From Alphaproteobacteria bacterium (GTDB lineage: Bacteria; Pseudomonadota; Alphaproteobacteria; Rs-D84): a stretch of DNA of 32,000 nt. The stretch lies in the NCBI GenBank assembly GCA_017475605.1, contig JAFVFD010000005.1, forward strand, positions 360,001-392,000. The letters run 5' to 3'. Position numbers and translations under genes: made by a program. This document shows, piece after piece, positions 1-6,696 of the stretch (position 1 is the stretch's first letter; the number at the start of each line of letters is the position of its first letter). The notes beneath the pieces are model-generated. The model made no database searches, was not told where the DNA came from, and saw only the letters and a list, made by a program, of their open reading frames with translations.

Positions 1-113
1 ATTATAACGACCGCCATAACCCCAATAACGATGCCCAGAACCGTCAGGAACGACCGAATTTTGTTCCCGCTAATAGACAACCACGATTCTTTTAAGATGT
101 CGTTAAATGTCAT
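1..113 (-). CDS. ABC transporter permease, FtsX/MacB type (N-terminal fragment; gene runs off the window start)
   Basis: Minus-strand ATG at 113..111 overlaps the stop of the upstream ATPase gene (ATGA). Hand translation gives MTFNDILKESWLSISGNKIRSFLTVLGIVIGVMAVVI, a typical N-terminus plus first TM helix of MacB/FtsX permeases. It is missing from the ORF track because it is truncated. Confidence 0.7.
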   Translation of the reverse strand, partial: MTFNDILKESWLSISGNKIRSFLTVLGIVIGVMAVVI

Positions 114-859
114 TTTTTGTGCACCCTTGCTTCCGATTTAGTAAGGACAGATTCCGATTTCGGTACCGGCCCATCATACGCGATATGCCCGTCATAAATA
201 TGAATTATACGATGCGCATAACTGGCAATATCAAATTCGTGGGTAATCATGATAATAGTTATGCCTAAATCACGATTTAATTTTTCAAAGAACTTTAATA
301 TCTCGTTTCCCATTTTGGAATCAAGTGCACCCGTTGGTTCGTCCGCCAAAATAATTTTCGGGTCGCCCGCCAACGCACGCGCAATTGCAACACGTTGTTT
401 CATGCCACCGGACAATTGTGTCGGCAGATATGTTTCGAATTTTTCCAGCCCCACCAATTTTAACATTTCGCGTGCGCGCCGTACGCGTTCAGACATAGGC
501 AGCCCGCGATACATTAACGGCAACATTACATTGTCCAACACACTTCGTTTAGGTAATAAATTAAAGTTCTGAAAAACGAAACCAATATATTCGTTTCGCA
601 CACGCGCCAATTCGTCTGCATCCATGGTGGTAATATCGCGACCATATAATTCATATACACCCGATGTTGCGGAATCCAGCGCACCAATGATATTCATACA
701 GGTTGATTTGCCCGAACCCGACGGTCCCATAATCGCGACAAATTCACCAACACGAATATCAATATCGATATCAAACAAAACCTGTTGTTCCCCGCCCATT
801 TCAAGTGGGAAACTTTTACAGACTTTCCGCATAGAAACGACACTGTCAGATTTTTTCAT
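110..859 (-). CDS. ABC transporter ATP-binding protein (MacB/LolD-like ATPase, separate polypeptide)
   Basis: Walker A GPSGSGKST, ABC signature LSGGMKQRVAIARAL, Walker B ILADEPTGALD and an H-loop ITHE. It sits in an operon with a HlyD adaptor and a TolC-family gene. Confidence 0.93.
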   Translation of the reverse strand: MKKSDSVVSMRKVCKSFPLEMGGEQQVLFDIDIDIRVGEFVAIMGPSGSGKSTCMNIIGALDSATSGVYELYGRDITTMDADELARVRNEYIGFVFQNFNLLPKRSVLDNVMLPLMYRGLPMSERVRRAREMLKLVGLEKFETYLPTQLSGGMKQRVAIARALAGDPKIILADEPTGALDSKMGNEILKFFEKLNRDLGITIIMITHEFDIASYAHRIIHIYDGHIAYDGPVPKSESVLTKSEARVHKK

Positions 860-870
860 TTTTCAATTCT

Positions 871-2091
871 TTACATTGGTGGACGTCCGCCGCCCATGCC
901 ACCGCGATTGCCGTTTGTATTTGTCCGGGCACCCGTTGCGCCAACCTTGCCTATAACAATTTTATCGCCGTCAACGATACCATCAGATACGATTTCTGTT
1001 TCTGTTGCACCAACCAACCCCTTGGTATATTCAACAAATGTTATTTTTCCATCACGTAATATAGCCAGGTGTGTCGCCGGTGTTGCGCCATTTGTTTCCG
1101 CACCCAATGAATCAAAAGAACGAATCAAAAATGCCGAGTTTTGAACCTTGAATGTATTAAACCGTTCATCGACAATAATTGTTACAAATGCTGTCATCCC
1201 CGGCATCAATGAAAGGTCCGAATTATCAACTTCTATTACGACGGTATAAACAACAACATTTGATGTCGTTGTTGGCGAAAGGCGAATTTGATGTACACGC
1301 CCTTCAAATGTTTTGTTCGGGTATGCGTCAACTGTAAATGTTACGCGTTGACCTTCTTTGACGGCACCGATATCAGCCTCGGATACAGATGTTTCAATTT
1401 GCATTTTTGATAAATCTTCGGCGATTTCAAAAAGGTCTGGTGTTTGGAACGATGCCGCAACGGTTTGACCGACATCCACCTTGCGCGAAATAACAGTACC
1501 ATCAACCGGCGATGTAATTGTCGCATAGCCACGATTTGTTTTTGCGCGTTCATATTGCGATTTCATGCGAACAACATCTTGTTCGGCTTGTTCGTACGAT
1601 GCCTGGGCTTGTTCCATTTCTGCGCGCGCAATAAAGTCTGATTCGTACAATGTTTTTGCGCGTTCATATTCACTTTTTGCCAAACGCGCCTTGGACTGCG
1701 AACTGGTTAACGATGCTTCGGCTTCGCGTACCTGGGCCTCTAGCACTGATGGTTCAATAGTCAGCAATAAATCACCCTTTTTCACCTTGGAATTATAATC
1801 AACATAGATATTGTCAATTGTGCCAGATACCTGGGAACCAATGTTAACAGTATTTACAGGTTTGATTTCACCGGTTGCGCTTACAATTTGCCGCATATCG
1901 CCACGTGTAATCTCAACGGTGGAATAGCCTGCTTTTTCCGCCTTTTTGGTGCCACCAAAAATCATATTTGCGCCAATAACAATAACCGCAATAATCAGTA
2001 TCCACCATTTTTTACGCCAAAGCCATGACAGTGCACGCCGAACGAATGAACGACGCGACCCATTTGGTGTGTTTTGTTTTTTGCTTACCAT
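871..2091 (-). CDS. HlyD-family periplasmic adaptor (membrane fusion protein, MacA-like)
   Basis: N-terminal TM anchor (WWILIIAVIVIGANMIF), a long coiled-coil segment (EAQVREAEASL...QYERAKT) and a beta-barrel-like C-terminal half. The start shares one nucleotide with the TolC-family stop (TAATG). Confidence 0.88.
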   Translation of the reverse strand: MVSKKQNTPNGSRRSFVRRALSWLWRKKWWILIIAVIVIGANMIFGGTKKAEKAGYSTVEITRGDMRQIVSATGEIKPVNTVNIGSQVSGTIDNIYVDYNSKVKKGDLLLTIEPSVLEAQVREAEASLTSSQSKARLAKSEYERAKTLYESDFIARAEMEQAQASYEQAEQDVVRMKSQYERAKTNRGYATITSPVDGTVISRKVDVGQTVAASFQTPDLFEIAEDLSKMQIETSVSEADIGAVKEGQRVTFTVDAYPNKTFEGRVHQIRLSPTTTSNVVVYTVVIEVDNSDLSLMPGMTAFVTIIVDERFNTFKVQNSAFLIRSFDSLGAETNGATPATHLAILRDGKITFVEYTKGLVGATETEIVSDGIVDGDKIVIGKVGATGARTNTNGNRGGMGGGRPPM

Positions 2092-3416
2092 TATTCATTT
2101 CCCCCATTTTCCAATTGCGCCTTGATATCACCAATGGCCAGTGCAACCGCCGCGCGTTTAATATACAAATCATATTTTGCGGCATTGTTTTGTTTTTGTG
2201 CATCCAACAATTCAGACTGTGCTGTTTGCCAATCAAGCATCGTTGCGCGTCCAACCTTGTACATACCGCTGGTTACGCGTTCGCTTTCGGTTGCCGATTT
2301 CAACAATGTTTCAGTTTGTGTTAAAACCGTACGCGCGGTCTTGTAATTCTGATAGGCCGTAAACACGTCCAGCATCGCCGCGTTTGATGTGTTGCGTTCT
2401 GATTCGCGCGCGCTTTCGTAATTTGCTGCGGCACTGCGTACACCATACATGTTTGCGAACCCAGCAAAAATAGGCATAGATGCCCGAATGCCAATTGTCC
2501 CATTAAGACGTTCTGATTCTGGGCCAAAAATACCATTTAATTTATCATCGTTCCACCCAAGCGAACCCGTCAAAGATATTGACGGCAGGTTTTTCAAAAA
2601 AGCCGAATTACGACGATTCCATGCGGCATCAGTCTGGGCGTTTGCGCGCAACAAATCAGGCCGCTGTTTTTGCGCAATTTTTATTAATTCATCAATGCTT
2701 TTCATATCGGTATCACTGCCGAACACAGATTCCATATCGGCAATTGTGATTTCCTGGTCCGCCGGGAAAGACAGTTGTGTAAGTAATTTCCCCTTGGCAA
2801 TTTCGCGATTGTTTTTTGCGCGTTCCAGGTCCAGTTCGCGACTTGCCAATGTGGTTTCTGCCTTTAACACATCGGCGCGCGCAACGGCACCGGCGGAATA
2901 TTTTTTCTTGGCTGTATCATGGGCTGTTTTTGCCACATCGCGCGCGGATGTCGCACTTGTAACATCGGCATCGGAATTAAGCAAACCGTAATATGCCCCA
3001 ATTAAACCGTACACATAGTTTTGTACAGTTTCATCATATCCAAATCCGGTTGCGCGATATGTTGCCAATGTTGCCGCCATATCGGACGACCGCTTGCCAA
3101 AATCAAACAATAAATACGATGCGGAAAGTGATGCGCCATACGACCAATCGTCCCAATGCTTGTCAGAATAGTTTTTACCGGCATTTGCCCCCAAATTAAC
3201 AGACGGCAAATATGCCGAATAAGCCGCGTTTTTATCGAATCGGGCCGCCCGTAATGCGGCATATGCAGATGCCGTCTGGGGATTGCGACAAAGGCCCATA
3301 TCCACCACTTCGGATATGGTAAAAACTTTTTCTGGCACATTACGCATGGTTGCGCAATCATCCGCCGCAAATGCCAAACCCGGCAAAAAACCGCATAAAA
3401 TCAGTAGTTTTTTCAT
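2091..3416 (-). CDS. TolC-family outer membrane efflux protein
   Basis: Signal peptide MKKLLILCGFLPGLAFA followed by an internally duplicated helix-rich architecture typical of OEP/TolC proteins. It is the first gene of the efflux operon, preceded by a GAGAGAG SD. Confidence 0.85.
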   Translation of the reverse strand: MKKLLILCGFLPGLAFAADDCATMRNVPEKVFTISEVVDMGLCRNPQTASAYAALRAARFDKNAAYSAYLPSVNLGANAGKNYSDKHWDDWSYGASLSASYLLFDFGKRSSDMAATLATYRATGFGYDETVQNYVYGLIGAYYGLLNSDADVTSATSARDVAKTAHDTAKKKYSAGAVARADVLKAETTLASRELDLERAKNNREIAKGKLLTQLSFPADQEITIADMESVFGSDTDMKSIDELIKIAQKQRPDLLRANAQTDAAWNRRNSAFLKNLPSISLTGSLGWNDDKLNGIFGPESERLNGTIGIRASMPIFAGFANMYGVRSAAANYESARESERNTSNAAMLDVFTAYQNYKTARTVLTQTETLLKSATESERVTSGMYKVGRATMLDWQTAQSELLDAQKQNNAAKYDLYIKRAAVALAIGDIKAQLENGGNE

Positions 3417-3464
3417 TAAACTCTCTCTCGCACAATATTGTTAAGTATTTTAACAATTTTTCTG

Positions 3465-3493
3465 TTGAATTACAATTATTTTTTGTCTAGGAT
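3465..3493 (+). promoter_or_regulatory. Candidate sigma70-type promoter for tRNA-Cys (and possibly recF)
   Basis: TTGAAT (3465..3470), 17-nt spacer, TAGGAT (3488..3493). The predicted TSS is about 7 nt before the tRNA 5' end. Confidence 0.35.
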
Positions 3494-3506
3494 TCAAAGG
3501 CAAATT

Positions 3507-3580
3507 GGCCAGGTGGCAGAGTGGTTATGCAGAGGACTGCAAATCCTTGTATGCCGGTTCGATTCCGACCCTGGCCTCCA
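3507..3580 (+). tRNA. tRNA-Cys (anticodon GCA), CCA encoded
   Basis: Hand-folded cloverleaf. The 7-bp acceptor stem is GGCCAGG/CCTGGCC, the anticodon loop is CUGCAAA, the T-loop is TTCGATT (one C-A mismatch in the T stem), and the 3' end is TCCA. Confidence 0.9.
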
Positions 3581-3593
3581 GATTTCTTGTATT

Positions 3594-4670
3594 ATGATTG
3601 AAACGCTTGTACTTACCGATTTTCGTAACCATACAATGTGTCGAATAAAAACGCATGGTCGGCAAAATGTGATTATTGTTGGCCCGAATGGTGCCGGTAA
3701 AACAGCAATACTGGAAGCTCTTTCTATATTATCTGGCGATCGCGGAATGCGTGCCGCACAAATGACGGATATTGCGCGCTTTGGTGGCAACGGCGGTTTT
3801 TCAATTTTCGCAACATTATCAGACGATACTGAATTATCTGTATCTTTTGTATCGGGCGATGCAAATCGCCACGCAAAAATAGACGGCGATAATGCGCCAT
3901 TGGCCGATTTAACATCGCATTTACCAATGGTGTGGATAACCCCACGCGAAGACAGACTTTTTGTCGATTCCGCCGCCGAAAGACGCGCGTTTTTTGATCG
4001 CCTGGTATCAAGTTTTGATTCCACACATTCGGGGCGCGTTGCGCGGTTTACTAAATTATTATCTGAACGCGCGTTCGCATTAAAATCTGGGCGCGATATG
4101 CGCTGGGTTGATGCGCTGGACGATCAAATCGCCGCCACCGCCACCGCTATCGCAGATGCGCGAATAAAATACGCGGGCGAATTAAATTATTTTCTGGAAA
4201 ATTGCGCGGTGTCGGTGTCTGGAATGTTGGAACAAATGTTCATTGACCAACGGTCAGCGGGCGATATTGAACGCGCATATCGTGAATACCTGGGAAATAA
4301 TCGTGAAATCGTTGGCGATAAAATGGTAATTGATGGTGTACATAAATCAGATTTTGGTGTGTTTAATAAACAATTAAAATTACCTGCGCATTTAACAAGT
4401 ACCGGCCAACAAAAGACCGTTTTAATGGAATTGATTTTGGCACACGCAAAATTATTACATACACGCACAAACAAAAAACCATTTATTTTATTGGACGAGG
4501 CCGCTGCCCACCTTGATGCGAATGCCCGCGCAAAATTGTTTGCGGACCTGGCCACATCAGAGGCGCAGGTTTGGGCAACCGGACTGGATGCGGATGCATT
4601 CAGTGATGTGCCAAATGCTGTATTTGTTTCTTGCGCGGATGGCGATATAAGTAATATACTGGTTTCATAA
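3594..4670 (+). CDS. recF: DNA replication and repair protein RecF
   Basis: N-terminus MIETLVLTDFRNH, Walker A GPNGAGKTAILEA, signature STGQQKT, Walker B ILLDEAAAHLD. The start was moved from 3438 to the ATG at 3594 because the longer ORF reads through the tRNA gene. Confidence 0.9.
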   Translation: MIETLVLTDFRNHTMCRIKTHGRQNVIIVGPNGAGKTAILEALSILSGDRGMRAAQMTDIARFGGNGGFSIFATLSDDTELSVSFVSGDANRHAKIDGDNAPLADLTSHLPMVWITPREDRLFVDSAAERRAFFDRLVSSFDSTHSGRVARFTKLLSERAFALKSGRDMRWVDALDDQIAATATAIADARIKYAGELNYFLENCAVSVSGMLEQMFIDQRSAGDIERAYREYLGNNREIVGDKMVIDGVHKSDFGVFNKQLKLPAHLTSTGQQKTVLMELILAHAKLLHTRTNKKPFILLDEAAAHLDANARAKLFADLATSEAQVWATGLDADAFSDVPNAVFVSCADGDISNILVS

Positions 4671-4681
4671 CAGGAATGGAA

Positions 4682-5149
4682 ATGGCGAAAATAAACTATC
4701 AGGAATTATTGGACAACGCACTTAAATCGGTCGTAAAAGAGGCTTTGATTTATGCCCAGGTAAACGGCCTTGGGGACGGAACGCATTTCTTTATTACATT
4801 TAAAACGCGTGACCCGGGGGTTGTTTTGCCGGACTTTTTGCGCATGCGCTATCCGGACATAATGACAATAGTTTTACAGTATTCGTACAATAACCTTAAT
4901 GTGTCCGATCGTGAATTTGGGGTACAATTGACATTTGATGGTCGCCCGTTCTTTATTCGCGTGCCGTTTTCTGCGTTGGTAGAGTTCAAGGACCCATCAA
5001 CCGATTTTATGTTGTCGTTTCATCCAAAATCAACACCGGCGGCGGCGGATAACGATATGGAATTACCGCTGGACGAAAAACCCGGCACCGTCCCCGATGA
5101 TAAACGTGTTGTGTCCCTGGACGAATTTAGAAAGAAAAGAAATCAATAA
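4682..5149 (+). CDS. sspB: ClpXP adaptor SspB (alphaproteobacterial type)
   Basis: The core matches the SspB fold pattern (THFFITFKTRDPGVVLPDFLRMRYPDIMTIVLQYSYNNL...FRVPFSALVEFKDPS). A disordered linker is followed by a C-terminal ClpX-binding-like tail, VVSLDEFRKKRNQ. An AGGA SD lies 6 nt before the ATG at 4682; the alternative ATG is at 4676. Confidence 0.75.
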   Translation: MAKINYQELLDNALKSVVKEALIYAQVNGLGDGTHFFITFKTRDPGVVLPDFLRMRYPDIMTIVLQYSYNNLNVSDREFGVQLTFDGRPFFIRVPFSALVEFKDPSTDFMLSFHPKSTPAAADNDMELPLDEKPGTVPDDKRVVSLDEFRKKRNQ

Positions 5150-5211
5150 TAGTTTGTGATTGCCGGTCGTCATCCCCGCGCAGGCGAAAACGCTAGGCGT
5201 TTTATAACAAT

Positions 5212-5239
5212 TTGCTTTTATTCGGAATTATGTTAAAAT
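5212..5239 (+). promoter_or_regulatory. Candidate promoter of leader RNA A
   Basis: TTGCTT (5212..5217), 16-nt spacer, TAAAAT (5234..5239), with a TGT extended -10 context. Confidence 0.5.
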
Positions 5240-5245
5240 CAGAAT

Positions 5246-5430
5246 TGAATCCAATGGGAATTGGGTTCGGGCTGTGGTAAGCCTTCAAAAATCCGGTGCA
5301 AAAGCATCGTAATCTGAAAATTCGGCGCAAACGCACCGTTTGAGCCCCGATTTATTGGTCGGGGAGCAGACTAGTTTCTTGGTCTTTACCACCTCTCCGG
5401 TCACCAATTTCGTTGGTGGTTTATTTTTTT
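5246..5430 (+). promoter_or_regulatory. Structured leader RNA A (about 185 nt, riboswitch/attenuator-like, class unknown)
   Basis: Hand-folded helices. H1 is 5247..5255/5260..5268 with a GGGA loop. The long-range H2 is 5274..5281/5385..5392. Three hairpins are 5294..5309, 5345..5364 and 5369..5384. The antiterminator 5354..5366/5393..5408 is mutually exclusive with the terminator at 5401..5419. Boundaries are approximate. Confidence 0.55.
5401..5430 (+). terminator. Intrinsic terminator ending leader A, 18 nt before the next start codon
   Basis: Stem TCACCAA/TTGGTGG, loop TTTCG, then TTTATTTTTTT. Confidence 0.6.
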
Positions 5431-5448
5431 CAAAAAAAGGGGAATGAT

Positions 5449-5805
5449 ATGAAAAAATTATCTTTAACACTGTTTATTTTGTTATGTAGTGCTTGTACGA
5501 TAAGCGACACATACTACAAACCAGATGTCGGCAGAAAAAATGTTGGTTCCGTATACGGAACTATTACTAATGAAAGCACTTCTTTTTTTGGACAATCTGA
5601 AGACACCACCCCAAAATTCGAGAAAATATCAGATTATTGTTGGTATTTATTGGATTTTAAAATGAACAGTGATTGTTCTCCAGATATGATTGCAAACAAT
5701 TATGGTCTGGAAACCATCACAGAAATAAACACACAATGGCAGTTATTCCCTTTTGTGTTAGTACAAAGAACCAATTTAATTGGTATTCCGAAAGAGGATA
5801 AATAA
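5449..5805 (+). CDS. Small secreted protein or possible lipoprotein, function unknown (AT-rich orphan)
   Basis: A GGGGA SD precedes the ATG at 5449. Signal peptide MKKLSLTLFILLCSAC carries an imperfect lipobox (LCSAC). I recognise no conserved domain. Confidence 0.6.
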   Translation: MKKLSLTLFILLCSACTISDTYYKPDVGRKNVGSVYGTITNESTSFFGQSEDTTPKFEKISDYCWYLLDFKMNSDCSPDMIANNYGLETITEINTQWQLFPFVLVQRTNLIGIPKEDK

Positions 5806-5834
5806 AAAACACCGGTATTTGCCGGTGTTTTTTT
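5806..5834. terminator. Bidirectional intrinsic terminator (copy 1 of a repeated palindrome)
   Basis: AAAAACACCGGTATTTGCCGGTGTTTTTTT between convergent genes. The T-tract overlaps the gpsA stop codon. Confidence 0.8.
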
Positions 5835-6696
5835 ATAATCCCATCTTGTTCCGCATTGCGCATAATATGGGGGTTGGAACACCCAACTTTTCTGCGCGGG
5901 CAATTAAGCCACGTAACGCAGAAACACCTTCGACGGTGCCGACCATTTCGGTCCCACGCGCAATCGCCATGCCACCCGAAAAATTACGGCTGGTTTCCGA
6001 TGTTGCAGAAAGGAACAAGTCCCCCACCCCGCACAAATCTAAAAATGTTTCGCTTTTTGCGCCCATTTTACGCCCAAGTGTTGCAACTTCGCACCAGGCG
6101 CGTGTAAATATCATCGCGCGTTCGTTTTCGCCGGCACCTGCCACAAAGTTATAGCCCGCAATCAACGCAACCGCATTTTTACCAACACCGCACATTTGTA
6201 CGCCGACGATATCATCGCTGTCGCTTAAATATAATTTATTTAAGATTTCATGCCCTGTTTCGCGCGCGATTTCATCACCCGCGATTGTTGAACCGGTGGG
6301 AACACCACGCGCAACCTCGGCTGCGAATTGTGGGCCGGATAATACACCAACATGTTCGGCAGACGGCAAGACTTCGGCTAAAACCTCTGACATAAAGGCA
6401 CCGGTTGTGGGTTCTGCGCCCTTGGTACAAATAATGATTGGTTGGTTTTTGTAATACTTCTGCGCATTTTTCATTGTTTCGCGGAAAAACGCCGCCGGTG
6501 TTACAATCAACCACGCATCCATATCTGCCATATCCGCCATATCACGCGATATTTTCAGGTTTTGCGGCATATCGACACCATCAAATGCCTTGTATTCGCC
6601 ATCATACGACCATAACACAACATCTGCACCACCGCGCGCAGACACCACCCCCAGCGCAGTGCCCCATGCACCCGCACCAATAATTCCTATCTTCAT
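5833..6696 (-). CDS. gpsA: NAD(P)H-dependent glycerol-3-phosphate dehydrogenase
   Basis: N-terminal Rossmann motif MKIGIIGAGAWGTAL, a GVGKN active-site region and a conserved C-terminal helical domain. At 287 aa it is compact. Confidence 0.88.
   Translation of the reverse strand: MKIGIIGAGAWGTALGVVSARGGADVVLWSYDGEYKAFDGVDMPQNLKISRDMADMADMDAWLIVTPAAFFRETMKNAQKYYKNQPIIICTKGAEPTTGAFMSEVLAEVLPSAEHVGVLSGPQFAAEVARGVPTGSTIAGDEIARETGHEILNKLYLSDSDDIVGVQMCGVGKNAVALIAGYNFVAGAGENERAMIFTRAWCEVATLGRKMGAKSETFLDLCGVGDLFLSATSETSRNFSGGMAIARGTEMVGTVEGVSALRGLIARAEKLGVPTPILCAMRNKMGL

Noticed and set aside
110-859. Calling the ABC ATPase lolD
   Set aside because: The sequence is LolD/MacB-like, but it is operon-linked to a HlyD adaptor and a TolC-family protein. 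That context points to a MacAB-TolC-type exporter rather than the Lol lipoprotein-release system.
3438-3593. The N-terminal 52 codons of ORF-track entry 3438..4670
   Set aside because: This stretch reads straight through the tRNA-Cys gene (3507..3580). The conserved RecF N-terminus begins at the ATG at 3594.
5246-5430. Leader A as tmRNA, 6S RNA, SRP RNA or a known riboswitch
   Set aside because: It has no tRNA-like T-arm or acceptor, and the only tag-like frame (ANAPFEPRFIGRGAD) lacks the hydrophobic C-terminus. There is no GGAAGCAGC SRP domain IV motif. The 5' and 3' ends do not pair as they do in 6S RNA. GGGGAGCAG resembles the yybP-ykoY GGGGAGUAG box only superficially, and the partner motif is absent. 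The element therefore remains unclassified.
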